The notes under the pieces were generated by a model, which was not told the origin of the DNA, did not search any database, and saw only the letters and a program-made list of their open reading frames with translations. This document shows positions 1 to 8,389 of a DNA stretch of 64,000 bases, one piece after another. Source of the stretch: Candidatus Limnocylindria bacterium. Lineage in GTDB: Bacteria; Chloroflexota; Limnocylindria; P2-11E. The stretch is taken from assembly GCA_036523395.1 (NCBI GenBank), contig DATDEH010000083.1, positions 53,686-117,685 on the forward strand, given 5' to 3'. Each line of letters starts with the position of its first letter. The first letter of the stretch is position 1. A program made the position numbers and the translations under genes.

Positions 1-173
1 CCTATCCGCTCTCCGAGGCACGCGAGGCGGTGCGCTACGTCGGCACCGGTCAGGCTCGAGCAAAAGTCGTGATCACCGCGTAGGCTCTGCGGCGACCGCG
101 GGGATCGAACAACCCGACCATAGATCGGACAGCGGCTCGTGATCGAGAGTCAGCGCCCCGCCGTGGGCGAAGG

Positions 174-584
174 TCAAGGATGTCCAGCCGCCACGGCGAG
201 GGCGGTCTCATATTCGTTAGCCGTGATCCGGACGACGCCCGCTTGGAAGTCGGCCCTGGCATTCCCTGCCGGGTCGATGTGCGACAGCACGGTATTCATC
301 GGTACCGGCGGGTCCCATTCCTCGACCTGAGCCAGCAACACTCCGCTACGGGAATCGCCGGGGCACATCTGTGCCTCGGACGGCGTCCAAACATGGACCG
401 CTGAGGCAAGCTCAGCGCAGCCGATGAACTCCCGCTCGGGTGCGCCCAGGTAGATGAGGATCAGGTCGCCGGAGGCAAGCGCGTCGCGGTGCGGCTCGTC
501 TGCGTCGATGCCCCACATCTTGACGCGCAGGAACCCAGCGGCCTGTTCGCGCCGCGGCGGCCCCTTCGCTGCGTCCTCCTTCAC
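174..584 (-). CDS. hypothetical protein (core-genome flank left of the att repeat); start uncertain (internal Met at 518 possible)
   Basis: ORF of 136 aa with non-repetitive composition; no motif I can assign confidently. Confidence 0.35.
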   Translation of the reverse strand: MKEDAAKGPPRREQAAGFLRVKMWGIDADEPHRDALASGDLILIYLGAPEREFIGCAELASAVHVWTPSEAQMCPGDSRSGVLLAQVEEWDPPVPMNTVLSHIDPAGNARADFQAGVVRITANEYETALAVAAGHP

Positions 585-665
585 GAAGTTGCGCGATCCA
601 ATCGCGCGACAGAGGTCAAACGTACCTCTGTCTTTGGACCTCGGACCCTCGCGATTTGCACGGAA

Positions 666-711
666 CTGAGGCGACGGCGGGAATCGAACCCGCGATGAAG
701 GTTTTGCAGAC
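666..711 (-). repeat. 46-bp copy of tRNA-Cys 3' half (anticodon loop to 3' end); distal att repeat
   Basis: ctgaggcgacggcgggaatcgaacccgcgatgaaggttttgcagac is identical to 2337..2382 and matches 9516..9561 inside tRNA-Cys with 1 mismatch. Confidence 0.85.
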
Positions 712-2336
712 TTCTCGCTGAATTTTGGAACCGACTCGCGAATTCCTTAGCAATATTGCAGATAGCGCTCCTGGCTGACCCAACTCTTACTCCACAGACT
801 TCTGTCGTTTGTGTAGATGATCAGCGCGGTCACGATGGCGTCGACGATGAAGTAGGCGACCGTTGCGAGCCACTTTGTAGTAGCGGGCCGTTAATTCGAC
901 TAAGAGCACCGTCTCGAGTGCTATTGCCCTTCGAAGCGAGTGCCCTCGCTTGTGCGGCTGGGGGCCGCTACAGCAGCGAGCTGATCCAGTTGCTCCTGGA
1001 CGAACTCGGCGAGCCATTCCGGCACGCGGACGGTTGGATCGCCGAGCGGTTCCCAGGCATAGCGAAGCTCAAGGAGACACCCACTCGGCGTCGCCGACAG
1101 GATCTGCGTTACGTAGAAATTCTCTGTATCGCCGAGGACATGCATGGTTGTGCGGCTTTGGTTTGGATCGCGCTCGGAACGGATCACGCGCAGGACACTC
1201 CCTCGCGCCCCGTCCGCGCGGTGATGGCAGTGCGTCTCCTGGCCGAGTGCCGTGCCTCGGGCTCCCCTCTGCGCGAGCACGTGCTTCATGCCGGTACGAG
1301 GCACGAAGGGCGTGCGCGCGTTGCTGCGATCGGCCTCGTCCTCTAGCCCCTGCGGATCCTCAAGAAGCTCGAAATGCTCGCCAATGCCGTGGAGGGACTC
1401 GTCCCGCATCACGCGGCGGATTCGTTCCGGCGACATAGGGAAAGAGCGCTCGAAACACACCTGCGCTTCACGCCGCCCGAGATGTTCCGTGCGCTCCGCC
1501 AGGGCGCGAGCGCGGAGGCTGGTGAGCTCGATGTAGGCGCAGCGGACCGCCCCGAGATGCTCGACCCGCTCCTCATGAGCCACCGATCCCTCCGCGGCCA
1601 CAGCTGCGAGCGCCGCCTCGGTGAGCAGGATGTACTCGTGAGATGGCACCTTGTTCTTCAGCAGCCGGTGCGCCAGGACGATGTCGCTCCCGACGAAGTG
1701 ATCGCTCCCGCCGACACGCTGTTGGACGTACTCGCCACGATGGACGACGAACTTGAGGGTCAACGAACCCACGGAGGCGCACGCTCGGCAGAGACAGGTC
1801 GTCGCCAGGGTCATGAAGCGCAGACGTCGGTGGAACTCGACGAACTTCTCTTTCAAACACTCTGCTAGGCCTGCACCGTGCTCGTCGGACAGCCAGAAGA
1901 CGGCATCCCCCTCCAGCTGCGCAACCCTGAGATTCCCGGGTGCGCACTCGCAGAGCGTCCCGAGGAGTTCGGCGAGGATCTCCCGTGAGTGCTCGAGCTC
2001 GGTGGTCGCGATGAACTCGGTGTATCCGGAGACATCGCCGAGGACGATCAGTCCGTGGTCCACTGTCATCCCAACGATTATCGGCGCGGGCCGCTCACTG
2101 CACCTGTGAATCCTCGTCGACACGCATGACTTGTCTGACGCTGGTGTATCGCTGATGCCACACTGCAGTCGCAGCCAGGAAGACCTCTGTCCCGCAGGCT
2201 TCTGCGTTTCGCCGGCGGACTTCTGCGCCGCCCGCGCCAAACGCCAATGAAATCCGCGTGGCGCGAGCTGGTCGCGCGGCAGAGGTCTGATCGACCTCTG
2301 CCATACGACCTCGCGACATCGCGATTTGTTCCGAAT
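712..2336. mobile_element. older or remnant island bounded by the two partial tRNA-Cys repeats; no integrase of its own
   Basis: Flanked by identical 46-bp att-like repeats; contains one cargo gene (921..2069). Confidence 0.45.
921..2069 (-). CDS. nucleotidyl-cyclase-like domain protein (DUF2652-type; family name recalled from memory)
   Basis: N-terminus MTVDHGLIVLGDVSGYTEF resembles the class-III cyclase F-D-x-x-G-[FY]-T metal-binding motif, followed by LEGDAVFW; the 538-aa track ORF is an overextension that reads through the att repeat, so the start is placed at Met 2069. Confidence 0.55.
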   Translation of the reverse strand: MTVDHGLIVLGDVSGYTEFIATTELEHSREILAELLGTLCECAPGNLRVAQLEGDAVFWLSDEHGAGLAECLKEKFVEFHRRLRFMTLATTCLCRACASVGSLTLKFVVHRGEYVQQRVGGSDHFVGSDIVLAHRLLKNKVPSHEYILLTEAALAAVAAEGSVAHEERVEHLGAVRCAYIELTSLRARALAERTEHLGRREAQVCFERSFPMSPERIRRVMRDESLHGIGEHFELLEDPQGLEDEADRSNARTPFVPRTGMKHVLAQRGARGTALGQETHCHHRADGARGSVLRVIRSERDPNQSRTTMHVLGDTENFYVTQILSATPSGCLLELRYAWEPLGDPTVRVPEWLAEFVQEQLDQLAAVAAPSRTSEGTRFEGQ

Positions 2337-2382
2337 CTGAGGCGACGGCGGGAATCGAACCCGCGATGAAGGTTTTGCAGAC
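2337..2382 (-). repeat. 46-bp copy of tRNA-Cys 3' half; internal att repeat between the two islands
   Basis: Identical to 666..711; 45/46 to 9516..9561. Confidence 0.85.
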
Positions 2383-2866
2383 ATGTCGCGCATTTGTCGC
2401 TCAAGCTCGCGAGAACATTCGGAAATCGAGAAAGTCGCGCTCCCGGCTGACCAATTCGGGTGCGCAGACCTCTGCGGGTAACTGCACGCGACAACGTCGA
2501 TGAACGCGTTGTTGTCGCCTCGGCGGCGATGCACCAACTCGTCGCGCAGCCAGCGATTTCACGTTGCTGTGATGAGCGCCAGGTGATCCACCGTGCTGCT
2601 GATGCTCCGCCCTCGCTTGCCATGCGAAACGGCCGACGACGAATACCAGGATGACTGCCGTCCTTGCGTAGAAATTCGGCCCACGCCGAGTGCCCGTGAC
2701 TGTCGCGGGAAGTCCATCCGTCATCACTTCTCTGCACACGAGTACCGCAGGTTCAAGCACGCGGGAAATGCCTTTCCGCTGTGGTTCCCGGGGTATTCGT
2801 GCTCTAGGTCCCGGCTGCCTGAAGACGACGTCAGGTGGCTGACGTCGATGTTTGGCGCCTCAGTCC

Positions 2867-3460
2867 TCACCGATGCCGAGCCATGTTCCACACAGCAATC
2901 CGCTGGTCAGAGCAGTTGGCGGGGTCGTTTGTGGCGCCCTTGCCGACGGCGAAATGGGTCCCGACTTGTGCCACGCTAACCCTCAGGTCGTACTCAAAGT
3001 CACGGCTCGAGTTGGCCTGTCCCCGCGCGAGATCGAAGCGCTCGCCCGCAGCGCGGCGGTCGAGGAAGTACCGCACTATCGCATCGCGATCTCGCGGTGC
3101 CGCAAAGTCTCCGCCGACCTGACGCCGATCGTCACTAAAGATCACGGCCGTCGCAAGAGCTGCCGTAATCGCTTGCCCGTCACCGGCGTCAATGGCGCGA
3201 ACGAAAGAGCCTAATAGTTCAGACACGTCTGCCTTCGTGCAGGGAAGGTTGCTCGCGGGTCGGGAACCGCTATCTGGGATCGAACAAGATAACGTGAGCA
3301 CGCACGCAAGCAAAAGACCAAAGACGAAGCGCGCCGCAGGCGTGCGACCGGGGCTCTGCAGACGAGCTACAGGCCCACGGCGAGGAGCGCAGCGGACCCC
3401 AGAAGGACAAGATGGCCTGCGCCGATGATCCGCGCCATCGGCTGCCGATGGATCAGCCAT
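2867..3460 (-). CDS. putative secreted lipoprotein (last gene of the island operon)
   Basis: Hydrophobic segment ARFVFGLLLACVLTLSCS with a Cys-containing lipobox-like end; no ATG/GTG immediately upstream of the signal peptide, so the start codon is uncertain and overlap with the upstream gene may be shorter. Confidence 0.4.
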   Translation of the reverse strand: MADPSAADGADHRRRPSCPSGVRCAPRRGPVARLQSPGRTPAARFVFGLLLACVLTLSCSIPDSGSRPASNLPCTKADVSELLGSFVRAIDAGDGQAITAALATAVIFSDDRRQVGGDFAAPRDRDAIVRYFLDRRAAGERFDLARGQANSSRDFEYDLRVSVAQVGTHFAVGKGATNDPANCSDQRIAVWNMARHR

Positions 3461-3951
3461 AGCGCCTCCTCGTTAAAGTCGCGTCCTCGTCGGTATTCGA
3501 TAAGGCTTGCCAGAAAGAGCGCCGCGCCGCCAACGGCACGCGTACCGCCGTACGCGCCAAATACCATTGCACCGACAGCCGGGTTCCCGAGTAGGAACGC
3601 GGCGGCTGGCACCAGATACCAGGACCAGAATCCAATCCGGGTCGTCGCTCCGATGCCAAGTACTGCTCCCGTGGGCAGTCCCCATCGAATGGGGCTGGTG
3701 TTCACCCACCGCAGTGGTGTCTCCCTATCACACTGCATCAACTGCGGACCCCGGCCAAACCACGCGGCGCCCCCGAGAGCAACGGCCAGCATGGCACCGA
3801 GGCTCGCAAGGATCGTCCTCCCGCTGGCATCAACGTAACTACCAAGCAGACCCAGTAGAGCGCCAGCGGCAGCCGCGGCGGCTGCGGCACTGAGCGTGAA
3901 GCTCAGGACCGCAAGGCCACGCCTCGCATGACTCCTTCTGTTCCGAAGCAC
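3367..3951 (-). CDS. polytopic integral membrane protein, unknown family
   Basis: 194 aa with 5-6 hydrophobic helices (LAVLSFTLSAAAAAAAAGALLGLL, AVLGIGATT, VPAAAFLLGNPAVGAMVFGAYGG, LLGSAALLAVGL); lies directly downstream of the Cys-rich peptide gene. Confidence 0.45.
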   Translation of the reverse strand: MLRNRRSHARRGLAVLSFTLSAAAAAAAAGALLGLLGSYVDASGRTILASLGAMLAVALGGAAWFGRGPQLMQCDRETPLRWVNTSPIRWGLPTGAVLGIGATTRIGFWSWYLVPAAAFLLGNPAVGAMVFGAYGGTRAVGGAALFLASLIEYRRGRDFNEEALWLIHRQPMARIIGAGHLVLLGSAALLAVGL

Positions 3952-4130
3952 GTCGGAACACGCGATCCCGAAGACCGCGTTGACACCTCAGGGCAGGGTC
4001 TGTTGCAGGACCGCGACGAGGGATGCGGAGCCGACCCAGAGCCAGACTACGTCGGCGTCACCGGAACGAAGTGCGAGTCCTATTGCGAGGCCCACGGCAG
4101 TGAGCGCAACTAGGAGAAGCACTCTCAGAG

Positions 4131-4520
4131 TCAGCATGAACCGCCGCACGGTCCGATGTAGGCCCGGCAGATGCAGGTGTATCCAGCGCAGTTGTCGACC
4201 CAGTCACAGCACAGGTACTCCGCGCGGCAGTAGCACGTGTACCAGCACTGTGTACCGTTCGGACAACCGAGATAGCCATCGGTACACGGCGTTCCACAGG
4301 TGTCAATGCACTGCGTGCCGCTACAGTTGTGACACAGTTTGTAGCCGAAGCACGGGTACGAACTCACGTGATTCGCGCTGGCAAGGTCTGGCGCAGTCAC
4401 CCTAAGCGCGGCGCTGAACAGCAGTCCGCCCAGCAGAGCGAGGGCCCGACTGCGGCCGAACCGCACCCTCTCAAGAGCTGGGTCTGTGGGATCGCCGATA
4501 TCAACGAGTTGCATGGACAT
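4131..4520 (-). CDS. secreted cysteine-rich small protein (17 Cys in about 78-aa mature region)
   Basis: N-region with Arg cluster, hydrophobic core ALALLGGLLFSAAL, then VTA/ASA cleavage-like sites. Mature part is VSSYPCFGYKLCHNCSGTQCIDTCGTPCTDGYLGCPNGTQCWYTCYCRAEYLCCDWVDNCAGYTCICRAYIGPCGGSC. Start overlaps the upstream thioredoxin gene by 20 nt. Confidence 0.55.
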   Translation of the reverse strand: MSMQLVDIGDPTDPALERVRFGRSRALALLGGLLFSAALRVTAPDLASANHVSSYPCFGYKLCHNCSGTQCIDTCGTPCTDGYLGCPNGTQCWYTCYCRAEYLCCDWVDNCAGYTCICRAYIGPCGGSC

Positions 4521-5097
4521 CTTCCAATGCCTCCCTTAGTGGACTCGGTAGGCGACGTCTTCCGTCGCTCCGCGCTCGCACGATCACCTCGAAATCTCGG
4601 ACCGTGTGCATGTACGACTTCGCGGTTACATGGCCGCTTTCAATCTCAAGTAGGAAGGGTGTCCGCTGGAGTTCCAGCGCCTTGGCGAGCGACGAGGCTA
4701 CGGGGTCGACCACGGTCTGGATCCAGGCCGGAAACTGCTCGACGAGCGTGGCTGCCAGCTCCGATCTTCCCGGAACTAAGGCCACCGTGCGTGGAACTTC
4801 GCGCGCCTTGGCCAGTTGCGGCACCAGTTCGCGACATGGACTGCAGGTCGCCGATGTCAGCAGCAAGTAAACAGGACCCTTGGCGGCCTCGGGGATTGTT
4901 GCGATGACTTCCGGTGACACTGCCCGTCCGATCTCCAGCCCATCTATGTTCCCCGCTGGCCGGCCCGCCCCAGACGCCTCCAAGCGCACCGCGAACACCG
5001 CCATCTGGCGGACCAGCGTCAGCGTCGTGATCGTCAGGACTCCTGTCCAAATCGCGAGCCCAATTGACACAAGTTCAGACACGTGACGGCCCTCCAT
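4501..5097 (-). CDS. membrane-anchored thioredoxin-fold thiol-disulfide oxidoreductase (TlpA/MauD-like)
   Basis: N-terminal TM helix LVSIGLAIWTGVLTITTLTLV, then a thioredoxin-like region with a CSPC (CxxC) active site in YLLLTSATCSPCRELVPQL. Confidence 0.6.
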   Translation of the reverse strand: MEGRHVSELVSIGLAIWTGVLTITTLTLVRQMAVFAVRLEASGAGRPAGNIDGLEIGRAVSPEVIATIPEAAKGPVYLLLTSATCSPCRELVPQLAKAREVPRTVALVPGRSELAATLVEQFPAWIQTVVDPVASSLAKALELQRTPFLLEIESGHVTAKSYMHTVRDFEVIVRARSDGRRRLPSPLREALEDVHATR

Positions 5098-5653
5098 GTT
5101 CGTGCCGACTGAGTCGCAGAAGCCCGGGCATCGATGAACCTAACCACGCTGACGCCGTCAATGCGAGTGCGATCAGTAGCTGCTCAACGATGTGCAATGT
5201 CGTCGGAGGGCCCAGCGCAAGCGCGAGAGTCGCAAGCAAGGCCAGTCCACCCGTGCGCGCGAGAGTCCGTCGCGAGACGCCCTCATCAGCTTCTCCAAAG
5301 CAGAAGCAGGGCTCATGGTTGCCGCGCGCGAGTTGTCGACCGATCAGACCCGTGTACAGCCAGAGCAGCAAGGCGGCAACCGCGATTGCAAAGGCACGGC
5401 TGCTTTCGACAATCAAGCCCAAGGCTAGGCTCGCCTCGAAGATTCCTACCGCCAAGGCCATCCGCGGATGAACACCGGAGATGATGCCGAACGAACTGAT
5501 TCCCCGAGCCGCCAGACTGGGCTCGCGGATCTTCGCTACTGCTGCGACTCCCAATACAACGGCGATGACGCACGCGGCGACGCCTCCGGTCTCACTGCCC
5601 CACTCACTACCGAGTGCGGACAGAGCGGAGCCGATCAGGGCGAATCCGCTCAC
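5075..5653 (-). CDS. MauE/DoxX-like redox-associated membrane protein
   Basis: Four hydrophobic helices and a paired-Cys motif EPCFCFGE near the third helix; the organisation next to a membrane thioredoxin mirrors the mauE-mauD pairing of methylamine dehydrogenase clusters (family call from memory of sequence features). Confidence 0.55.
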   Translation of the reverse strand: MSGFALIGSALSALGSEWGSETGGVAACVIAVVLGVAAVAKIREPSLAARGISSFGIISGVHPRMALAVGIFEASLALGLIVESSRAFAIAVAALLLWLYTGLIGRQLARGNHEPCFCFGEADEGVSRRTLARTGGLALLATLALALGPPTTLHIVEQLLIALALTASAWLGSSMPGLLRLSRHEHGGPSRV

Positions 5654-5655
5654 GG

Positions 5656-6192
5656 CTAGGCGGTCCGAAATATCTCGCGAGCCACGGGCCCGTCCCGTGG
5701 GTCAACGCGTACGACCATCGTCACGGTGTCACCAGGCGAGATCGCCTGAACTGATATTGGATCGGTGCGTGTGCCGTTGTAGAAGCGACAGTCAGCAGGG
5801 ACTCTCGCCGAGCCAGCGCTCGTCGCGATGATGTCGGCAGTGGCAGACACAACCGGACCTGACACCAGGCGATAGAGCGCCTCCACTCGCGACGCACGCA
5901 ACGGCGGCCTGTCTCCTTCAAGTTCGGCGACCACCTCATCGCCTCGCATGAATGCTTTGTAGGACGCCGCGCCGTCACGGTTGAACGCTGCGTCGTGTAT
6001 TTGCACGAGCTGTCTACCTTGGGTTGTCTGCAGAAGCATGACGCTTTGATTGAGCTGCTCGATTACGCCGTTTACGCTTGGTTTCACAGGTCCTGCTTCA
6101 CCGGCAACACTTAGGGTGCCGAGACTTGTCATGCCTACGACGACACCGGCGGCAGTCAGAAGACGGCGGCGGGTAAGCGGAACGTCATTCAT
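5656..6192 (-). CDS. Tat-signal secreted protein, unknown function (first gene of the operon)
   Basis: Twin-arginine motif TRRRLLTAAGVVVG followed by an AxA-like site; a 3-nt gap separates it from the MauE-like gene. Confidence 0.5.
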   Translation of the reverse strand: MNDVPLTRRRLLTAAGVVVGMTSLGTLSVAGEAGPVKPSVNGVIEQLNQSVMLLQTTQGRQLVQIHDAAFNRDGAASYKAFMRGDEVVAELEGDRPPLRASRVEALYRLVSGPVVSATADIIATSAGSARVPADCRFYNGTRTDPISVQAISPGDTVTMVVRVDPRDGPVAREIFRTA

Positions 6193-6404
6193 AGGGCATC
6201 CCTCGCTTTCGACTATTCCCCGACGAGAGGGGCATCCGATCGTGGCCGCTGCGCCGAAGAAGTCGCTACCAAACGTAGTGACGCGGGGGGCCTCGTCAAA
6301 GTCGGCAGTTCTACCGACGCCATGCGAATGGATCCGAGCCCCCGCAGGACTGACCGCCGAGACAGTTGGAGGTCGGCTTGCCGATCCGCGAGCCCGGAAG
6401 AGTG

Positions 6405-6746
6405 TTAGTCCCGGCCAGGCCGATGTCCTTTGGACGGTGGGCGGTCGCCGCCGTCGGACTTCTCAAGACGATCCAGCCATTCAGGGTCCTGAAGAACCTG
6501 CGCGACGAGCGCAGCGCGACAGTGCACGTGATAGCGGTCATAAAGGCGCTCAAGGTGAGTGCGCACGGTGCGATACGAGGTGCCGACCCGATACGCAATC
6601 TCCTTGTCGGTCGAACCGTCGGCGAGGAGTTGGACGATTGCGGTCTGCGCGTTCGTCATTTGCCGGATGCGGCGTTTTGGGCGGTCGTCTCGATCGTCCT
6701 CAGCTCTCGCCGCCGCGACGGAGGTCGAAGGCTTCGGTTTGACCAC
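6405..6746 (-). CDS. LuxR/GerE-family HTH transcriptional regulator (small)
   Basis: C-terminal TNAQTAIVQLLADGSTDKEIAYRVGTSYRTVRTHLERLY matches the LuxR-type HTH signature. Confidence 0.6.
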   Translation of the reverse strand: MVKPKPSTSVAAARAEDDRDDRPKRRIRQMTNAQTAIVQLLADGSTDKEIAYRVGTSYRTVRTHLERLYDRYHVHCRAALVAQVLQDPEWLDRLEKSDGGDRPPSKGHRPGRD

Positions 6747-6884
6747 GAAATGTGACTTCCTCCGAGTCTCGTATGACGCTCGGGCAACTCAGCGACGGGT
6801 GGCGCCGGGCTCACCCTTTCGTCCGCGCTCAGGTAGCGGATAGTCCTACTGACTGGCAGGTCAGGCAACTGTACCTTTGGTCAA

Positions 6885-7094
6885 ATGCCTGGGCAGTCGT
6901 CGCGCAGACAGCCGACGCCTCAGCAGCAGGAAGTGCTCGATCTGCTGTTGCGGGGCGCGACCAACAAGCAAATCGCAGTCCGACTTGGGATCACCGAACG
7001 TGGCGTCAAGTACCACGTGTCACGGCTACTCGCGCGCTACTCCGTGGACAGTCGCGCGGAACTCATCTCGTTGATCCTTCGCAGGCGGCGCTGA
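6885..7094 (+). CDS. stand-alone LuxR/GerE-family HTH protein (69 aa)
   Basis: TPQQQEVLDLLLRGATNKQIAVRLGITERGVKYHVSRLLARY is the LuxR-type HTH signature; divergent to 6405..6746. Confidence 0.6.
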   Translation: MPGQSSRRQPTPQQQEVLDLLLRGATNKQIAVRLGITERGVKYHVSRLLARYSVDSRAELISLILRRRR

Positions 7095-7328
7095 TCGGCA
7101 TAGCGAGTCGACCAATGAGGCACTCCGCCAAAGAGCCCAGGCACGTAAATGCGACCCGGGACAGATTCCAGTGGCTTGCCGCCAGCCCGCGAGTCCTGGT
7201 CACATTTTCGATGTGAAGTGCGCCACGGTGACCCATGGACTACTCCGGTACAACGCGGGGGTGCCTCGGACATTTCTCGTTAGTCGCTTTGGCGTTCTGG
7301 CCCTGTTGGTGACGCTGTTGGGCAGGCC

Positions 7329-8300
7329 TTGGTCTCGGCCAACAATCCGACCGGCGCTTTCGTCCGATTCGTCCGAGACCGGACGCAAACCGTATGGCCT
7401 GAGTTTCTTCTCATCCGAAAGTTCCTTCCTCGCGTTCGAGAAGAATCCATAATCACCGCGAGCCGCCGCGAGACCGATGTCGTCCGCCTCGTTGCGCTCC
7501 ACCGCTTCCTCACCCGCCCTCAGCTCGAGGATTTCCTGTTCGCGGAATCGACGCTGACGCCACGCTCGCGGCAGGTCGTGACCTGGCGGATCCTCGGACG
7601 CCTCCAGCGCCACGGCCTCGTTGCTGCTACGCCGCGCCAGAGCGGCGGCGCGGTTGCCGGCTCCACGTTGCCTGGATATTTCCTGACCACGACCGGGCTG
7701 CGCGTCGCCGCCACCTTCTACCCCGATCTCCCGGCACGTCGGCCGGCGCGACGCGCGCCGTTCCTCCTCGCGCATAGCGTCATGGCCGCCGACGTCGAGC
7801 TCGCCTTCCGCCGCGCGGCGCGCGGGAATTCCGGACACGAGCTGGAGCTCTGGGAGTGCGACTGGCAGACCCGGCTGAAGCTCGGGAGCAAGAAGCTTCT
7901 GCCAGACGCGCGACTCGTGTATCGCTTGGGCCGGGTGCTGCTCGATGCCTTCGTCGAGGTGGATCTCGGGACCGAGGGGACGCGCTTCTTCGCCGGCAAG
8001 ATCGACCGGTACATCTCGGCCCGCTACGACGGCGGCTGGCGCACGCATCTGTCGCGCTGGCCGATGACGCTCACGATCACACCGACTGCGGCGCGGGCGG
8101 CGTCGCTCTGGGAGGCGACCACCGCGAGGCTGAACGCGCACCCCTGGTCTTCGGGCGGGATGGCCTTCAAGTTCTGCTCGATCGATGCGCTTCTGGGCGA
8201 ACCCGGAGTGCTCGGCGCGCGCTGGCGCGTCGCCGGCACAAAGGAGTCGACTCTGTTCGCGACTCCAGAGCAACTTGCCGCGGCAAGCGGTGCTGAGTGA
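7329..8300 (+). CDS. replication-relaxation family protein (plasmid/ICE-type)
   Basis: N-terminal winged-helix signature ETDVVRLVALHRFLTRPQLEDFLF...SRQVVTWRILGRLQRHGLV is typical of the replication-relaxation family; the antisense 404-aa ORF 7200..8414 is rejected as an R/A-rich artefact. Confidence 0.5.
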   Translation: MVSANNPTGAFVRFVRDRTQTVWPEFLLIRKFLPRVREESIITASRRETDVVRLVALHRFLTRPQLEDFLFAESTLTPRSRQVVTWRILGRLQRHGLVAATPRQSGGAVAGSTLPGYFLTTTGLRVAATFYPDLPARRPARRAPFLLAHSVMAADVELAFRRAARGNSGHELELWECDWQTRLKLGSKKLLPDARLVYRLGRVLLDAFVEVDLGTEGTRFFAGKIDRYISARYDGGWRTHLSRWPMTLTITPTAARAASLWEATTARLNAHPWSSGGMAFKFCSIDALLGEPGVLGARWRVAGTKESTLFATPEQLAAASGAE

Positions 8301-8389
8301 AACGTGGGTCAATCCGCCATCAGTCATCGGTGGGCGGTCGCCGGTGATACGCTCGGCCGCGGTCAGCCGGGAGCGCGTGAAGGTGGCAC

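Noticed and set aside
921-2537. 538-aa ORF on the minus strand
   Set aside because: Reads through the 46-bp att repeat and about 270 nt of intergenic DNA; the protein-like sequence starts at Met 2069, so the gene was trimmed to 921..2069
2401-2979. Two overlapping ORFs (119 aa minus, 128 aa plus) just inside the island boundary
   Set aside because: Both translations are compositionally odd (Arg/His/Cys-rich) with no motifs; the region may be non-coding or hold a very small gene that I cannot support
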